Origin: Minisyncoccota bacterium
GTDB taxonomy: Bacteria; Patescibacteriota; Minisyncoccia; Phycocordibacterales; UBA5272
Assembly: GCA_018062965.1 (NCBI GenBank)
Contig: JAGORG010000001.1
Coordinates: 7,488-71,487 of the forward strand
DNA length: 64,000 nucleotides
Reading direction: 5' to 3'
Made by a program: the position numbers and the translations under genes. A model generated the notes under the pieces. That model did not search any database and was not told where the DNA came from. It saw only the letters and a list, made by a program, of their open reading frames with translations. Shown in pieces: positions 36,689 to 46,623 of the stretch. Each line of letters starts with the position of its first letter. Positions within the stretch are counted from its first letter, which is position 1.

Positions 36689-39013
36689 TTAGTGATGGTT
36701 ATTGTTGTTGTCACCCTTGTACGCAACGTAGAGGCTGCGTCCGAGGATGCCAATGATGAAGAGGATAGCAATGAGTGCAAGCCATTCGATAAGTGTGTTT
36801 GGAAGGAATCCGATACCGTCCCCACTTTTACCGATAACTTTTTTACCTCCTTCTGATTTTGAATCAGTCTGTTCTGTGATAGTTCCGACAACGTATGATG
36901 TTACTTCGTCTTGAACTGTTTCATTTCCCGATGTACCTGGAACAGTGTAGATAACGTATGCTGTGGTCACAACTGATGTACCAACGAGAGCTCCGTTATT
37001 TACTTGTACGTTCCATGTGAGTGAACCTTCAGCATATGGATCAAGCCCCACTCCACTGACAGTTAGTGTTCGTGCATTTGCATCAAACATTCCTGCGGTT
37101 GAGTTTACAAAACTCATATCAGATGGAACGCTCACCTTAAATGTAAGTGGTGCGATTCGTGTGTCTGAAAGGTTTTTGTACACGAGGCGGTATGTTGCTT
37201 CACTGTTTGGTGAAAGTGATCCACTTACTTTTTCTACATGAAGTGAGATGAGTTTCTGTCCTTCATTGATAAGCGCTGCCGTACCTCGTGAACCAATAGT
37301 TACAACTGATCCGTCACTACAAACGATTTCGTTTTTAACAGTAGTTTTTGTTGATGTTTTACCTGGAACCTTAACTGGAGTAACAGGCTTTACATACGTA
37401 ACCTTTGATGACTTTGTTGTGAACTTTACGATTTCACCCTTTACTGTACCGTACTGATTATTCATAACCGCACGACAGTAGTATGATGTGTTTTCTTTAA
37501 GGTTCGTAAGCATGTTTGAGAACGGTGCTGTCGCTTTGTTTCCGATAGAAGCAGATGCTGTCTGTCGTCCAAGGTTTGATGTCTCACCGTATTCGAACCA
37601 TGCAGTTGACTGAGCACCTGAGGCGATAAGACCTATACCGTTACAACGAGCACTGTTCTTTGTGATTTCTGTTACTGGAGATGTAACCACGTTGTTGAAC
37701 TTGATGTTTTGACTTTGTGGGTATACCGTAACCGAATCTGTTGCCTGGTTTCCTACACTGTTGTAACACGTGATGGTAAACGTTGTTGGCTGTGTGATGT
37801 TGTATCGTAGTTCGTTTCCAGAAAGGTTCTTGTAACCACTCCATCCGTTTGACGCAGAACAGTTTGTCGCGTTCTGACTTGTCCATGTGAGTGTTGTGTT
37901 TCCTCCGTAGACGAGTGTTGTTGGGTTAGCGTTGATATCTACCCATGGAATACTTGCAACTACTGGGCAGCTTTGGTATTCAGGGATAACAGAACCGTTT
38001 GGACATGTTCGGTAACATGTAGAACTTTCAGGAACTGTTGTTCCGTTTGGACACACCTTATAACATGTTTGTGCTACGGGAACTGTTGTTCCGTTAGAAC
38101 ATGTCTTGTATTGAAGTGGACACACCTGTGTTACAGGAATAACACTTCCATCCCAACATGTCTGATTCTGCACTGGAGTAACCGGAGCAGGACAGTATGT
38201 GTTTGCGGTAACTGTTGTTCCATTGCTACATACTTTTGTACATGATGGGTAGTCGTGATTGTAACGACTAACATATGGGTCGTTTAGTGAATATGTACAT
38301 GTACTTGGAGTAGGAGCCTGACATGTTCCATTCGCTAGACGAGTATAGCCAGCTGGACATGGAGCAGGTGTAGCAGGACACGCAGCAAATGAACAGTTAG
38401 GGCCAGTTCGTCCGACAGTTGATCCATCTGGACAGATTTGAGCATCCTGAGGACACGCTCCTGGTGTCACGACAGTAGGACAGCTCTGTGTTTCTGGAAC
38501 AACAGAACCGTTTGGACATGTTCGGTAACATGTAGAGTTCACAGGTACTACTTGTCCGTTTGCACAGACTTTGTTTGTTTGAGCAACTGTCCCTCCCCCT
38601 GTTGAATATGTGCCGTATGAACTAGATGTGTAGTATGTTGGTGCGCTATAGTATGTTGAACCTGTATACCCTGTCCAACTTGGAGATGAGTATGTGTTGT
38701 AGTCTACATAACTTCCTGATGAATATCCTGAAGTTGTGTAGGCAGGATAATATACATCATTTGAAACTGGAGGATAATATACATCTGAGCTGTTAGTTAC
38801 CGTTGGTCTGTAGTATTCGTCATCACACCACGTACATGCTGTATTAACAACATCATAACCACCATCATATGTTGGTATGTAGTCGTTCCATTCTTCTTCA
38901 GTTGCCCATTCATACTCTTCTGCCTCTTCTGCTATGACTTGAGTTGGAACAAAAGATGTAAGCACAGCAAACATAACGAGAAGTGCGGATATTTTTTGTA
39001 AAATGTTTTTCAT
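36689..39013 (-). CDS. large Cys-rich cell-surface protein: signal peptide, tandem Cys-containing repeats (CxNGTTVPxxxxC), C-terminal TM anchor
   Basis: MKNILQKISALLVMFAVLTSF signal; repeats around residues 150-350; C-terminal LALIAILFIIGILG. Confidence 0.6.
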   Translation of the reverse strand: MKNILQKISALLVMFAVLTSFVPTQVIAEEAEEYEWATEEEWNDYIPTYDGGYDVVNTACTWCDDEYYRPTVTNSSDVYYPPVSNDVYYPAYTTSGYSSGSYVDYNTYSSPSWTGYTGSTYYSAPTYYTSSSYGTYSTGGGTVAQTNKVCANGQVVPVNSTCYRTCPNGSVVPETQSCPTVVTPGACPQDAQICPDGSTVGRTGPNCSFAACPATPAPCPAGYTRLANGTCQAPTPSTCTYSLNDPYVSRYNHDYPSCTKVCSNGTTVTANTYCPAPVTPVQNQTCWDGSVIPVTQVCPLQYKTCSNGTTVPVAQTCYKVCPNGTTVPESSTCYRTCPNGSVIPEYQSCPVVASIPWVDINANPTTLVYGGNTTLTWTSQNATNCSASNGWSGYKNLSGNELRYNITQPTTFTITCYNSVGNQATDSVTVYPQSQNIKFNNVVTSPVTEITKNSARCNGIGLIASGAQSTAWFEYGETSNLGRQTASASIGNKATAPFSNMLTNLKENTSYYCRAVMNNQYGTVKGEIVKFTTKSSKVTYVKPVTPVKVPGKTSTKTTVKNEIVCSDGSVVTIGSRGTAALINEGQKLISLHVEKVSGSLSPNSEATYRLVYKNLSDTRIAPLTFKVSVPSDMSFVNSTAGMFDANARTLTVSGVGLDPYAEGSLTWNVQVNNGALVGTSVVTTAYVIYTVPGTSGNETVQDEVTSYVVGTITEQTDSKSEGGKKVIGKSGDGIGFLPNTLIEWLALIAILFIIGILGRSLYVAYKGDNNNNHH
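37950..38600. repeat. intragenic DNA-level tandem repeats (ggaactgttgttccgttNgNacat... units) encoding the Cys repeats
   Basis: repeated near-identical 40-60 nt segments read directly. Confidence 0.5.
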
Positions 39014-39144
39014 ACTATATAACTACTCCAATAGAATAATATATCTATAGTATCATACTATACACAAATTGTCAATGTGTTGTTTGTTGTTGTGTATATA
39101 AAAAGCCCCACCTAGTGGTGGGACTTTGGGAAAGAACAGGGTGC

Positions 39145-39936
39145 TTAGGTTGCCTGTCTCATTTTTTGCGGCGAGCAGTACTTGGGAAATTTGTACCCGT
39201 CACGGACATACTCCCAATGTTCCTTCAGCTGCTCCTGCATGCCGTCGCAATGAAAACCTTTTTCGTTTTTCGCTGCGATTTCTTTTTTGACGAAGAGGGG
39301 TTTGATTTTTTCATCTTCTCTCAAGGTCTCCTTGTCGACAGGTCGAACAATGAGACGACCAGTTTTAGCGTTGGCCCGAAGCTCCATAACGACAAAGACG
39401 TTGCCACCCCGCTGCACCTCAGAGAAGCATCGACCGTCAGCGCGAGATTTGATCTCGCTTTCGGTTTTCAGCTTTTCTTCTGGCTTACAGTCTTTTTTGC
39501 AGGTTTCGTCCTTCGGCGCAGACACAGTTACGGTCGGTGTCGGGACCGTCATAGTAGGAGCTGGTTTGGCTTCTTCCTTGCTGGGAACAACCACATTATC
39601 AAACGGATTACCGCACTTGTGCATCCGTTTGGCTCCAGAGGTGTGTTCCCAGTACAGGAACCCGCCCGCAACAACAACGATCTTACCTCCGACAGGTTTA
39701 CCATCTTCGAGGATGTACGCACCTGTGAGGCACGCACCCCCGTCCGGAACCGTTTTCTTTGTCCAACCCTTTTGCTCTTTGAACGGGTGGTTGGTTTTCG
39801 GTTCGTACATGTCGGCAGGTTTCATCTTGCCGGAACTGAGTGTTGCTTTGCACTGTTCTTCGGTATCAAATACCGTAAACGCAGACGCGTGCCCTGCAAA
39901 CAGCAGAACAAACATCAGAGAGAGGATCGATTTCAT
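39145..39936 (-). CDS. secreted hypothetical protein (signal MKSILSLMFVLLFAGHASA), roughly 52% GC
   Basis: start moved to Met preceding signal peptide. Confidence 0.5.
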   Translation of the reverse strand: MKSILSLMFVLLFAGHASAFTVFDTEEQCKATLSSGKMKPADMYEPKTNHPFKEQKGWTKKTVPDGGACLTGAYILEDGKPVGGKIVVVAGGFLYWEHTSGAKRMHKCGNPFDNVVVPSKEEAKPAPTMTVPTPTVTVSAPKDETCKKDCKPEEKLKTESEIKSRADGRCFSEVQRGGNVFVVMELRANAKTGRLIVRPVDKETLREDEKIKPLFVKKEIAAKNEKGFHCDGMQEQLKEHWEYVRDGYKFPKYCSPQKMRQAT

Positions 39937-40085
39937 GGTTGACTCCTTGGTCAAAAAGAATTGTTTTCAAAAGAATTTTAGTAAAAAACTAAAACCCACA
40001 TCTAATAATAAGTATACACTAAAATATAAAAAAGTCAAGCCCCAGCATCCGAAGATGTGGGGCTTTTTGTTCACCGAGGAGGTGA

Positions 40086-40799
40086 TTATTTCAACGATTC
40101 GCAGAAACGTTCACCTGTGGAACGTCTGACGGCTGGGCGCTCGGTTTTTGGATTGCACCAGTTGGGAACCTTTTCCCCATCTTCAAGGGTGACAATGCTT
40201 TGCGAACGCGAAGATTCACGACGTTGGATAGGTCGGTTTTGAGTAACCGTTTCCACTTCGTCGTGCGCACCTTCGGTGCCACCAACCTGCTCTTCCGCAG
40301 GAATGGGGCGACCACTGAACTCGGAAGCTTGCTTGATGACTGCCTCCTTGTGTTCGGGGGTAACAATCACGTAACATGCGCCGGCGCTCGGTCCGAAAAA
40401 CAGACCAAGGGCCGCGCCGATGCCGGCACTGCGCGAATCATCACCAAGGCCGGCGCCGACCAGTCCACCCTTCAGGGCGTTCAGACCGTTAACGACGAAC
40501 CACTTTTTCAAGTGATCCCAGAATCCGCACGGGATACGTGCGTAACCCGGAGGCAGTTGGGATTGTGCTTGCTGGCGAACCGCGACAGGTTGACGGCGGT
40601 ATTGACCGTCATCGTAGCCTTCGTTGTACGCGGGAGCGGGTGCTCGGACAATCCGTCCAGTGAAGCTCACCGGAGGGCAAGGTCGCGAACCAAGCTGGAG
40701 GAAGGTTCCCCCTTTTCCGTCTGCGCAGTACGAATCCGCAAAAGCGGGTGTACCACACAACATGACCAGGGCCATGAGGGCGATTTTGATTGCGTTCAT
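40086..40799 (-). CDS. secreted/lipoprotein-like protein with glycine-zipper segment (GGLVGAGLGDDSRSAGIGAALGLFFG), GC-rich
   Basis: signal MNAIKIALMALVMLCGTPAFA; start moved to internal Met. Confidence 0.5.
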   Translation of the reverse strand: MNAIKIALMALVMLCGTPAFADSYCADGKGGTFLQLGSRPCPPVSFTGRIVRAPAPAYNEGYDDGQYRRQPVAVRQQAQSQLPPGYARIPCGFWDHLKKWFVVNGLNALKGGLVGAGLGDDSRSAGIGAALGLFFGPSAGACYVIVTPEHKEAVIKQASEFSGRPIPAEEQVGGTEGAHDEVETVTQNRPIQRRESSRSQSIVTLEDGEKVPNWCNPKTERPAVRRSTGERFCESLK

Positions 40800-40937
40800 T
40801 GAGTGCTCCTTTCGAGCGGATGAAGTTGAATACAAAGGGCGTTCTAGGATTTGGGTAGTTGTATGACCACCCTATCTAGCATGTATATAGTATACATAAT
40901 TTATAGGATTTGTCAAGTCCTCTAAACTAACCACCTA

Positions 40938-41045
40938 AAAGCTCACATCTGTCTTTATATAGGACTCTCGGAAGCGGGTAGCTGAGAGGGAAGGATTTTC
41001 TTAGCAAAGAAAATACCTGTGCCTATATAAAGACAGATGTGAGCT
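40938..41045. repeat. perfect 24-bp inverted repeat AGCTCACATCTGTCTTTATATAGG / CCTATATAAAGACAGATGTGAGCT separated by a 58-nt internally palindromic spacer, 70 nt upstream of pilB
   Basis: read directly. Confidence 0.6.
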
Positions 41046-41114
41046 GCTACCAACCCTCTGTTATCCCCTTTTTTGAACATGCACCTTATATAACAAGGTA
41101 TACTTTACATATCT

Positions 41115-42809
41115 ATGATTACCTTTGATGAAGTACTGCAAAATAAAAAACTAAGTGAACTCCGTAGAGATGAGGAGGAGGATTTGGTAAAAATACTTTC
41201 TGATAAATATGGACTTCCGTATGTAGATTTGCGGGGTATCGCTCCAGAGCCTGATGCAATGCGATTTTTTAAAGAAGAAGACGCCAGAAAAGCTGGGGTT
41301 GCTGCGTTTAAGGTGGTTGGCCGCAAACTCTACATAGCAACGAACGCTCCGCATAAAGCAGAGGTGGAAGCTCTTGTTCGTCCACTTGAAACACGTGGGA
41401 CTGAACTGGTTATGTTTTTGTGTTCGCAAGCATCCCTTGAACATGTCTTTGCACGTTATGCAGATATTCACGAGGGATCAAAAGTTGCCGAAGGAACTCT
41501 TGATCTAACACTGGGTAAAATGGAGTCACTAGCTGCTACATTTGAACACGTGAGTGACATGCAGAAACTATTTGATGAGCTTCTTGGTTCAAATGTACTC
41601 TACAAAACAACACGACTCATTGAACTCATCATTGCAGGCGCGCTTAAGTTTGATGCATCTGACATTCATATTGAACCAGAAGAAACGACGGTGCGTATAC
41701 GCTATCGCTTAAACGGTGTACTTGAAGATGTTGCATATATCGACGGTGTAGCACTCAAACAAATCACAAGTCGTTTGAAATTGGTTTCTGGGTTGAAACT
41801 TTCAACTGTTGCAAATGCGCAAGACGGAAGATTTAGTATCGACCTTGGGGAGGTGGAGGTGGAGGTGCGTGTGTCTGTGATTCCTGGAAACTACGGAGAA
41901 AGCTTTGTGATGCGTCTTCTTGACCCACGCCACGCTCAGTCTGATATCAATAACATCGCCATGGGAGTAAAGGTACGCGAAGCGGTAGACCGAGCGCTCG
42001 CTCGACCAAATGGGGTTATTTTGACAACTGGACCAACGGGTTCTGGAAAGACAACAACACTGTATGCGTTTTTACGCCACACATATTCCCCTGGTACAAA
42101 AATCATCACTATTGAGGATCCTATCGAATACCATTTGGATGGCATCACACAGACCCAGGTAGACGAAGAAAAAGACTACACCTTTTTGTCTGGACTACGA
42201 GCATCCCTCCGTCAGGACCCAGATGTAATCATGGTGGGAGAAATACGAGACGAAGACACTGCAAAGGTTGCGATCAACGCAGCACTCACCGGGCACTTGG
42301 TGTTTTCTACATTGCACACCAATACAGCAGCTGGAACTATTCCTCGTCTTATTGATTTGAAAGTTAACCCGAAAGTTATCGCTTCAGCGCTTTCTCTTGC
42401 ACTTGCTCAACGTCTCGTACGAACACTGTGTGAGCATTGCAAACAAGAATACGTAACCAACGAAAAAGAATCTAGAGTCATAACGAACACTCTTGGTGCC
42501 ATGAAAGTAGCTGGTATGGAGGAATCAATGATGGGATATGTACCACTTCCTGAATACAGGATATATAAAGCAGTTGGGTGCGACAAATGTAGTTCTGGGT
42601 ACACAGGGCGCACTGGTATCTTTGAAGCAATTGTTATGTCAGACAGTATTGAGCTTGCTCTTGCAGGGAATCCGAGTGAGCGCGATATACGCGAAGCAGC
42701 TAAAGGATCCAAAATCCCCTCACTTCTCCAAGATGCTATACTGAAGACACTTCAAGGCATAACTTCGCTTGAAGAAATAGGAAAAACGGTTGATCTTTAC
42801 GGTGAATAA
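41115..42809 (+). CDS. pilB: type IV pilus / type II secretion assembly ATPase (GspE/PilB family)
   Basis: Walker A GPTGSGKTTTLYAFL; MVGEIRDEDTAKVAINAALTGHLVFSTLHTN; C-terminal tetra-Cys. Confidence 0.85.
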   Translation: MITFDEVLQNKKLSELRRDEEEDLVKILSDKYGLPYVDLRGIAPEPDAMRFFKEEDARKAGVAAFKVVGRKLYIATNAPHKAEVEALVRPLETRGTELVMFLCSQASLEHVFARYADIHEGSKVAEGTLDLTLGKMESLAATFEHVSDMQKLFDELLGSNVLYKTTRLIELIIAGALKFDASDIHIEPEETTVRIRYRLNGVLEDVAYIDGVALKQITSRLKLVSGLKLSTVANAQDGRFSIDLGEVEVEVRVSVIPGNYGESFVMRLLDPRHAQSDINNIAMGVKVREAVDRALARPNGVILTTGPTGSGKTTTLYAFLRHTYSPGTKIITIEDPIEYHLDGITQTQVDEEKDYTFLSGLRASLRQDPDVIMVGEIRDEDTAKVAINAALTGHLVFSTLHTNTAAGTIPRLIDLKVNPKVIASALSLALAQRLVRTLCEHCKQEYVTNEKESRVITNTLGAMKVAGMEESMMGYVPLPEYRIYKAVGCDKCSSGYTGRTGIFEAIVMSDSIELALAGNPSERDIREAAKGSKIPSLLQDAILKTLQGITSLEEIGKTVDLYGE

Positions 42810-42821
42810 TTCTACATAAGA

Positions 42822-42846
42822 AAACTCCCACATTGTGTGAGAGTTT
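42822..42846 (+). terminator. terminator AAACTCCCACAttgTGTGAGAGTTT
   Basis: hairpin after pilB stop. Confidence 0.6.
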
Positions 42847-43140
42847 CTTGTAGAGTATTGTCAGTCTTTTGTGTGAGCTAACCGCTTACACCTCTAAGCA
42901 ACCCCTTGGTGAAGAACAAACCTTCATAAGGATAGACACAGAACGCAGCAAGTGCGACCAGATCGTCCTCTGAAATAGTAGGTGCTGGAAAAATCCAGCG
43001 ATTGTTTAGAGATGTAAATGTTCAGCTACCACATCACAGATATTGACAATATCTTAAAATGTTACAACGTGTGTTTACGTCGTAGCTAGGATTATAGCAC
43101 ATACAAACCTTTTGTCAAGCCCCTTTTCCTCACCCTCTCT

Positions 43141-44124
43141 ATGCCCCCTTTTGAACCAGAAAACAATGATATAGAGACACGACACCTCGATAGTACACTT
43201 CGCCCGGAGCAATTTTCTGATTATATTGGGCAAGAAACCATCAAAAAGAATTTACATATACTACTCACAGCAGCTCAGGAACGTGGAACACCACCAGAAC
43301 ATATTTTGTTGTACGGTCCACCAGGGCTTGGCAAGACAACACTTGCACATTTGATTGCAAAAGAGCTTAATGCAAACCTAAAACTCTCCTCCGGTCCTGC
43401 GATTATGAAGGTTGGAGACTTGGCAGCGATACTAACCAACCTAACACCGGGCGACGTTTTGTTTATTGATGAAATACACAGATTAAACAAACTTATCGAG
43501 GAAGTTTTATACCCTGCTATGGAATCTGGGAAGCTTGATATCGTCATAGGTAAAGGTCCATCTGCTCGTACAATACAACTTGATCTTCCACCGTTTACCC
43601 TGATAGGCGCCACAACGCGTGTATCACTCCTTTCATCCCCTCTTCGTTCTCGATTCTCAGGTGGTGTACATCGACTTCAGTTTTATACAGAAGATGAAAT
43701 AGCAACGATTGTAAAAAACAGCGCGAAGATTTTGGGCACAAGTATTCCACACGATGCAGCGTTTGAAATAGCGAAGCGTTCTCGATTCACCCCACGTATC
43801 GCAAACTACTACCTGAAACGAGCACGCGACTACGCGCAAGTGCACAAAGCAATTATCGATAGAGATGTAGTAGACACTTCTCTTGCGCTCCTTGAAATTG
43901 ATGAGTTCGGTCTTGGTGTTTCGGAACGGCTCGTGCTTGATGCTATCGTCAACACATTTAATGGTGGACCTGTTGGGTTAAATACAATCGCCGCAGCAAC
44001 TGGTGAAGAAGAAGCAACTATTGAAGACGTTACAGAACCGTACCTTATACAAATCGGAATGCTTGAACGAACACCACGCGGAAGAAAGGCGACAGAAAAG
44101 GCAATGACGAGGTTTAAGAAATAA
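43141..44124 (+). CDS. ruvB: Holliday junction helicase RuvB
   Basis: [21 protein letters not shown]; DEIHRL. Confidence 0.9.
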   Translation: MPPFEPENNDIETRHLDSTLRPEQFSDYIGQETIKKNLHILLTAAQERGTPPEHILLYGPPGLGKTTLAHLIAKELNANLKLSSGPAIMKVGDLAAILTNLTPGDVLFIDEIHRLNKLIEEVLYPAMESGKLDIVIGKGPSARTIQLDLPPFTLIGATTRVSLLSSPLRSRFSGGVHRLQFYTEDEIATIVKNSAKILGTSIPHDAAFEIAKRSRFTPRIANYYLKRARDYAQVHKAIIDRDVVDTSLALLEIDEFGLGVSERLVLDAIVNTFNGGPVGLNTIAAATGEEEATIEDVTEPYLIQIGMLERTPRGRKATEKAMTRFKK

Positions 44125-44187
44125 AGGTTTGACTTTATTCTAGGTTGATATTAGGCTTGTTTCAGATTCTTTATTAGGAGACCTTGT

Positions 44188-44499
44188 ATGAAACTTGTAC
44201 AGTCAAAAACGTCTCGTAGACACAAAATGGAGTGTCTTGTGAGAAACAGGATACACCGAGAAATTGAAATTCTCTGGCAACCCTTCAGAGCACCTTGGAT
44301 GTTTGTTGCGAAATTTGAAGGTGTTCACCACGCCAACAAACTCATTAACGAGTATCCTGAATTCCAGGAAACCGCGGAACGAATGGGTTTTGTCGTAGGT
44401 GTGGCTATTCAAAAACTACACAAAGACTCTCGTCTTCGCCCCCATGAACCAAGAAGGAACTTTTATTGGTTCGTGCCGCAAGCGATACTGGGGAAATGA
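44188..44499 (+). CDS. hypothetical protein (103 aa)
   Basis: ORF. Confidence 0.35.
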   Translation: MKLVQSKTSRRHKMECLVRNRIHREIEILWQPFRAPWMFVAKFEGVHHANKLINEYPEFQETAERMGFVVGVAIQKLHKDSRLRPHEPRRNFYWFVPQAILGK

Positions 44500-44552
44500 C
44501 CAGGAACCAAGGAGCGCGTCTTAACGCGCTCTTTTTATGTTACAGTTACAAC

Positions 44553-45050
44553 ATGAACCCTGTACGAATTATCGGTATTGACCCTGGCTTTGATCGTCTT
44601 GGGGTTGCTGTTATTGATAAAGATGGAAACAAAGAAACACTTGTCTATTCGACGTCTATTGTGACATCTCGGGGTGATACGTTTGAAGACCGTATCATCG
44701 CTATTGGAAACGAACTTGAAAAGATATTACAAACATATGCGCCATCTGAATGTGTTGTTGAAAAACTTTTCTTTGCAAAGAACCAAACGACTGCGATTCA
44801 AGTAGCAGAAGTACGTGGAGTTGTGTTGTATGTTGCAAGAAAAGCAGGACTCTCTATCTATGAGTACTCCCCTCCTCAAATAAAACTTGCTGTAACTGGA
44901 TATGGAAAAGCAACCAAACAAGATGTGGGGATGATGGTTGGAAAAATACTTCATCTACCACCACAAGCAAAACAATTAGATGATGAACTAGATGCTATCG
45001 CTATCGCACTCACTCACAGTGCACACCGTAAAACACTGCTCTGGAAATAA
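44553..45050 (+). CDS. ruvC: Holliday junction resolvase RuvC
   Basis: MNPVRIIGIDPGFDRLGVAVID...; start moved to internal ATG. Confidence 0.8.
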   Translation: MNPVRIIGIDPGFDRLGVAVIDKDGNKETLVYSTSIVTSRGDTFEDRIIAIGNELEKILQTYAPSECVVEKLFFAKNQTTAIQVAEVRGVVLYVARKAGLSIYEYSPPQIKLAVTGYGKATKQDVGMMVGKILHLPPQAKQLDDELDAIAIALTHSAHRKTLLWK

Positions 45051-45150
45051 GCGAATATAGGCTTTTATTTATTGGTTTTTTGAGCACTTGCATTGCACTT
45101 CATAAAGTGATATCTTTTGAAGGACAAAATCAGCTCAACAAATTATTTAT

Positions 45151-45327
45151 ATGTTAATTGAAGAAGAAGAGGTAAAAACAGGAGATATAAACCCAGACGC
45201 CCTCGAAGCGGTTTTCGAGGATGATGGTGGAGTAGATGAAGTGGATGTTGTTGTGTTTACTGATGACGACGAAGATGTAGATGAAATAGATATCGCCTTT
45301 CAGGCAAATGATGAAGGGTACTGGTAA
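45151..45327 (+). CDS. small highly acidic protein (58 aa; MLIEEEEVKTGDINPDALEAVFEDDGGVDEVDVVVF...)
   Basis: ORF below track cut-off; ends at bidirectional terminator. Confidence 0.3.
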   Translation: MLIEEEEVKTGDINPDALEAVFEDDGGVDEVDVVVFTDDDEDVDEIDIAFQANDEGYW

Positions 45328-45329
45328 TT

Positions 45330-45359
45330 AAAGAGCGGCGCCTGTGGCGCCGCTCTTTA
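45330..45359. terminator. bidirectional terminator AAAGAGCGGCGCctgtGGCGCCGCTCTTTA
   Basis: between convergent small ORF and tyrS. Confidence 0.8.
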
Positions 45360-45366
45360 ATTTTTA

Positions 45367-46563
45367 TTATTCTGAAACTAGTATTTTTACAAATCGCTTT
45401 TTTCCTATTTTAAGCGTTGAATTAGCAACAAGGGTTTTTGCGTCAGTTAGTACATTTCCATCTACATCTGCAACAGCACCATCTTCAATGAGTCGTCGCC
45501 AATCTGTTTTTGAAGAAACAATACCTTCTTTGATGAGAACATCTGCGAGAGATTCTTCTTTGTTGACATGTAGTTCAGGTATTGAGTCTGGTACACCTCC
45601 TTTTGAAAACGTTTCTATCCAGGAGTTTTTTGCTAGGGCTGCCGCTTTTTCGTCGTGATACATGGTAACAATTGTAGAGGCAAGTTGTAGTTTTATGTCT
45701 TTTGGATTTGCTCCGTTCTTCAACTCATCTTCAATAGCGCTGATTTCTTCGAGACTAAGATCTGTACAGAGTGTGAAGTACTTAATAATAAGCTCATCGC
45801 GTACGGCCATCAGTTTCCCAAACATATCAAACGGCTCATCAACAACGGTGATAATATTCCCCCAACTTGTTGCCATTTTACGACCATCTGTACCTTCGAG
45901 CATTGTGCCGACCATAACGCTTTGTTTTTCCTGACCGAAAAACTCCTGCATGGTACGTCCAGCTTTTACATTAAACAACTGATCAAAGCCGCCAAGTTCA
46001 ACATCGGCTTTAATAGCAACAGAATCATACCCCTGCATCATCGGGTACAAAAACTCTCGCAGTGTTATTTCTTTTCCTGCTTCATAGCGGTCCTTAAAAT
46101 TTCGACGTGCGAGCATTTGCTGAACAGTAAAACATTCCATCATTTTTACAACATCCCCAAACGATAGTTTTGATAGCCAGTCGTTGTTATATACAAATTC
46201 TGTTTTGCTAATGTCTATAATTTTACCTATTTGATTTTTGTAGTCTTTTATATTTTCGTCAATCTGTGCACGTGTAAGCATGGGGCGCTTTTCGGTTTTA
46301 TCAGACGCATCACCAATCTGTGCTGTAAAATCCCCCACAACAAGTACAGCTTGATGACCAAGTTTTTGGAATTCACGAAGTTTACGTAGCGGAATAGCTC
46401 GTCCAAGATGGATTTTTGGTCCAGTTGGATCAATACCGAGCTTCACTCGAAGCTGCTTCCCTGACATGAGAGCTGCTTTTAGTTCTTCCTTAATGAAAAT
46501 ATCCTCAACTCCACGAGTAAGGAGTTCATCAATACGTGATTCGTCTACAATTACTTTATCCAT
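45367..46563 (-). CDS. tyrS: tyrosyl-tRNA synthetase
   Basis: class I Rossmann region PTGPKIHLGRAIPL; KMATS (KMSKS-like); C-terminal S4-like domain; start at internal Met (MDKVIV). Confidence 0.8.
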   Translation of the reverse strand: MDKVIVDESRIDELLTRGVEDIFIKEELKAALMSGKQLRVKLGIDPTGPKIHLGRAIPLRKLREFQKLGHQAVLVVGDFTAQIGDASDKTEKRPMLTRAQIDENIKDYKNQIGKIIDISKTEFVYNNDWLSKLSFGDVVKMMECFTVQQMLARRNFKDRYEAGKEITLREFLYPMMQGYDSVAIKADVELGGFDQLFNVKAGRTMQEFFGQEKQSVMVGTMLEGTDGRKMATSWGNIITVVDEPFDMFGKLMAVRDELIIKYFTLCTDLSLEEISAIEDELKNGANPKDIKLQLASTIVTMYHDEKAAALAKNSWIETFSKGGVPDSIPELHVNKEESLADVLIKEGIVSSKTDWRRLIEDGAVADVDGNVLTDAKTLVANSTLKIGKKRFVKILVSE

Positions 46564-46623
46564 ACCCCCTATACTACCACACCCTATACGCAAGTTCTAA
46601 GCGTGGTACTATAGACTATATCC

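Noticed and set aside
39115-40129. Plus-strand ORFs 39115..39942 and 39287..40129
   Set aside because: They are antisense to the signal-peptide-bearing minus-strand gene 39145..39936. They are Arg/Leu-rich translations typical of GC-rich shadow frames.
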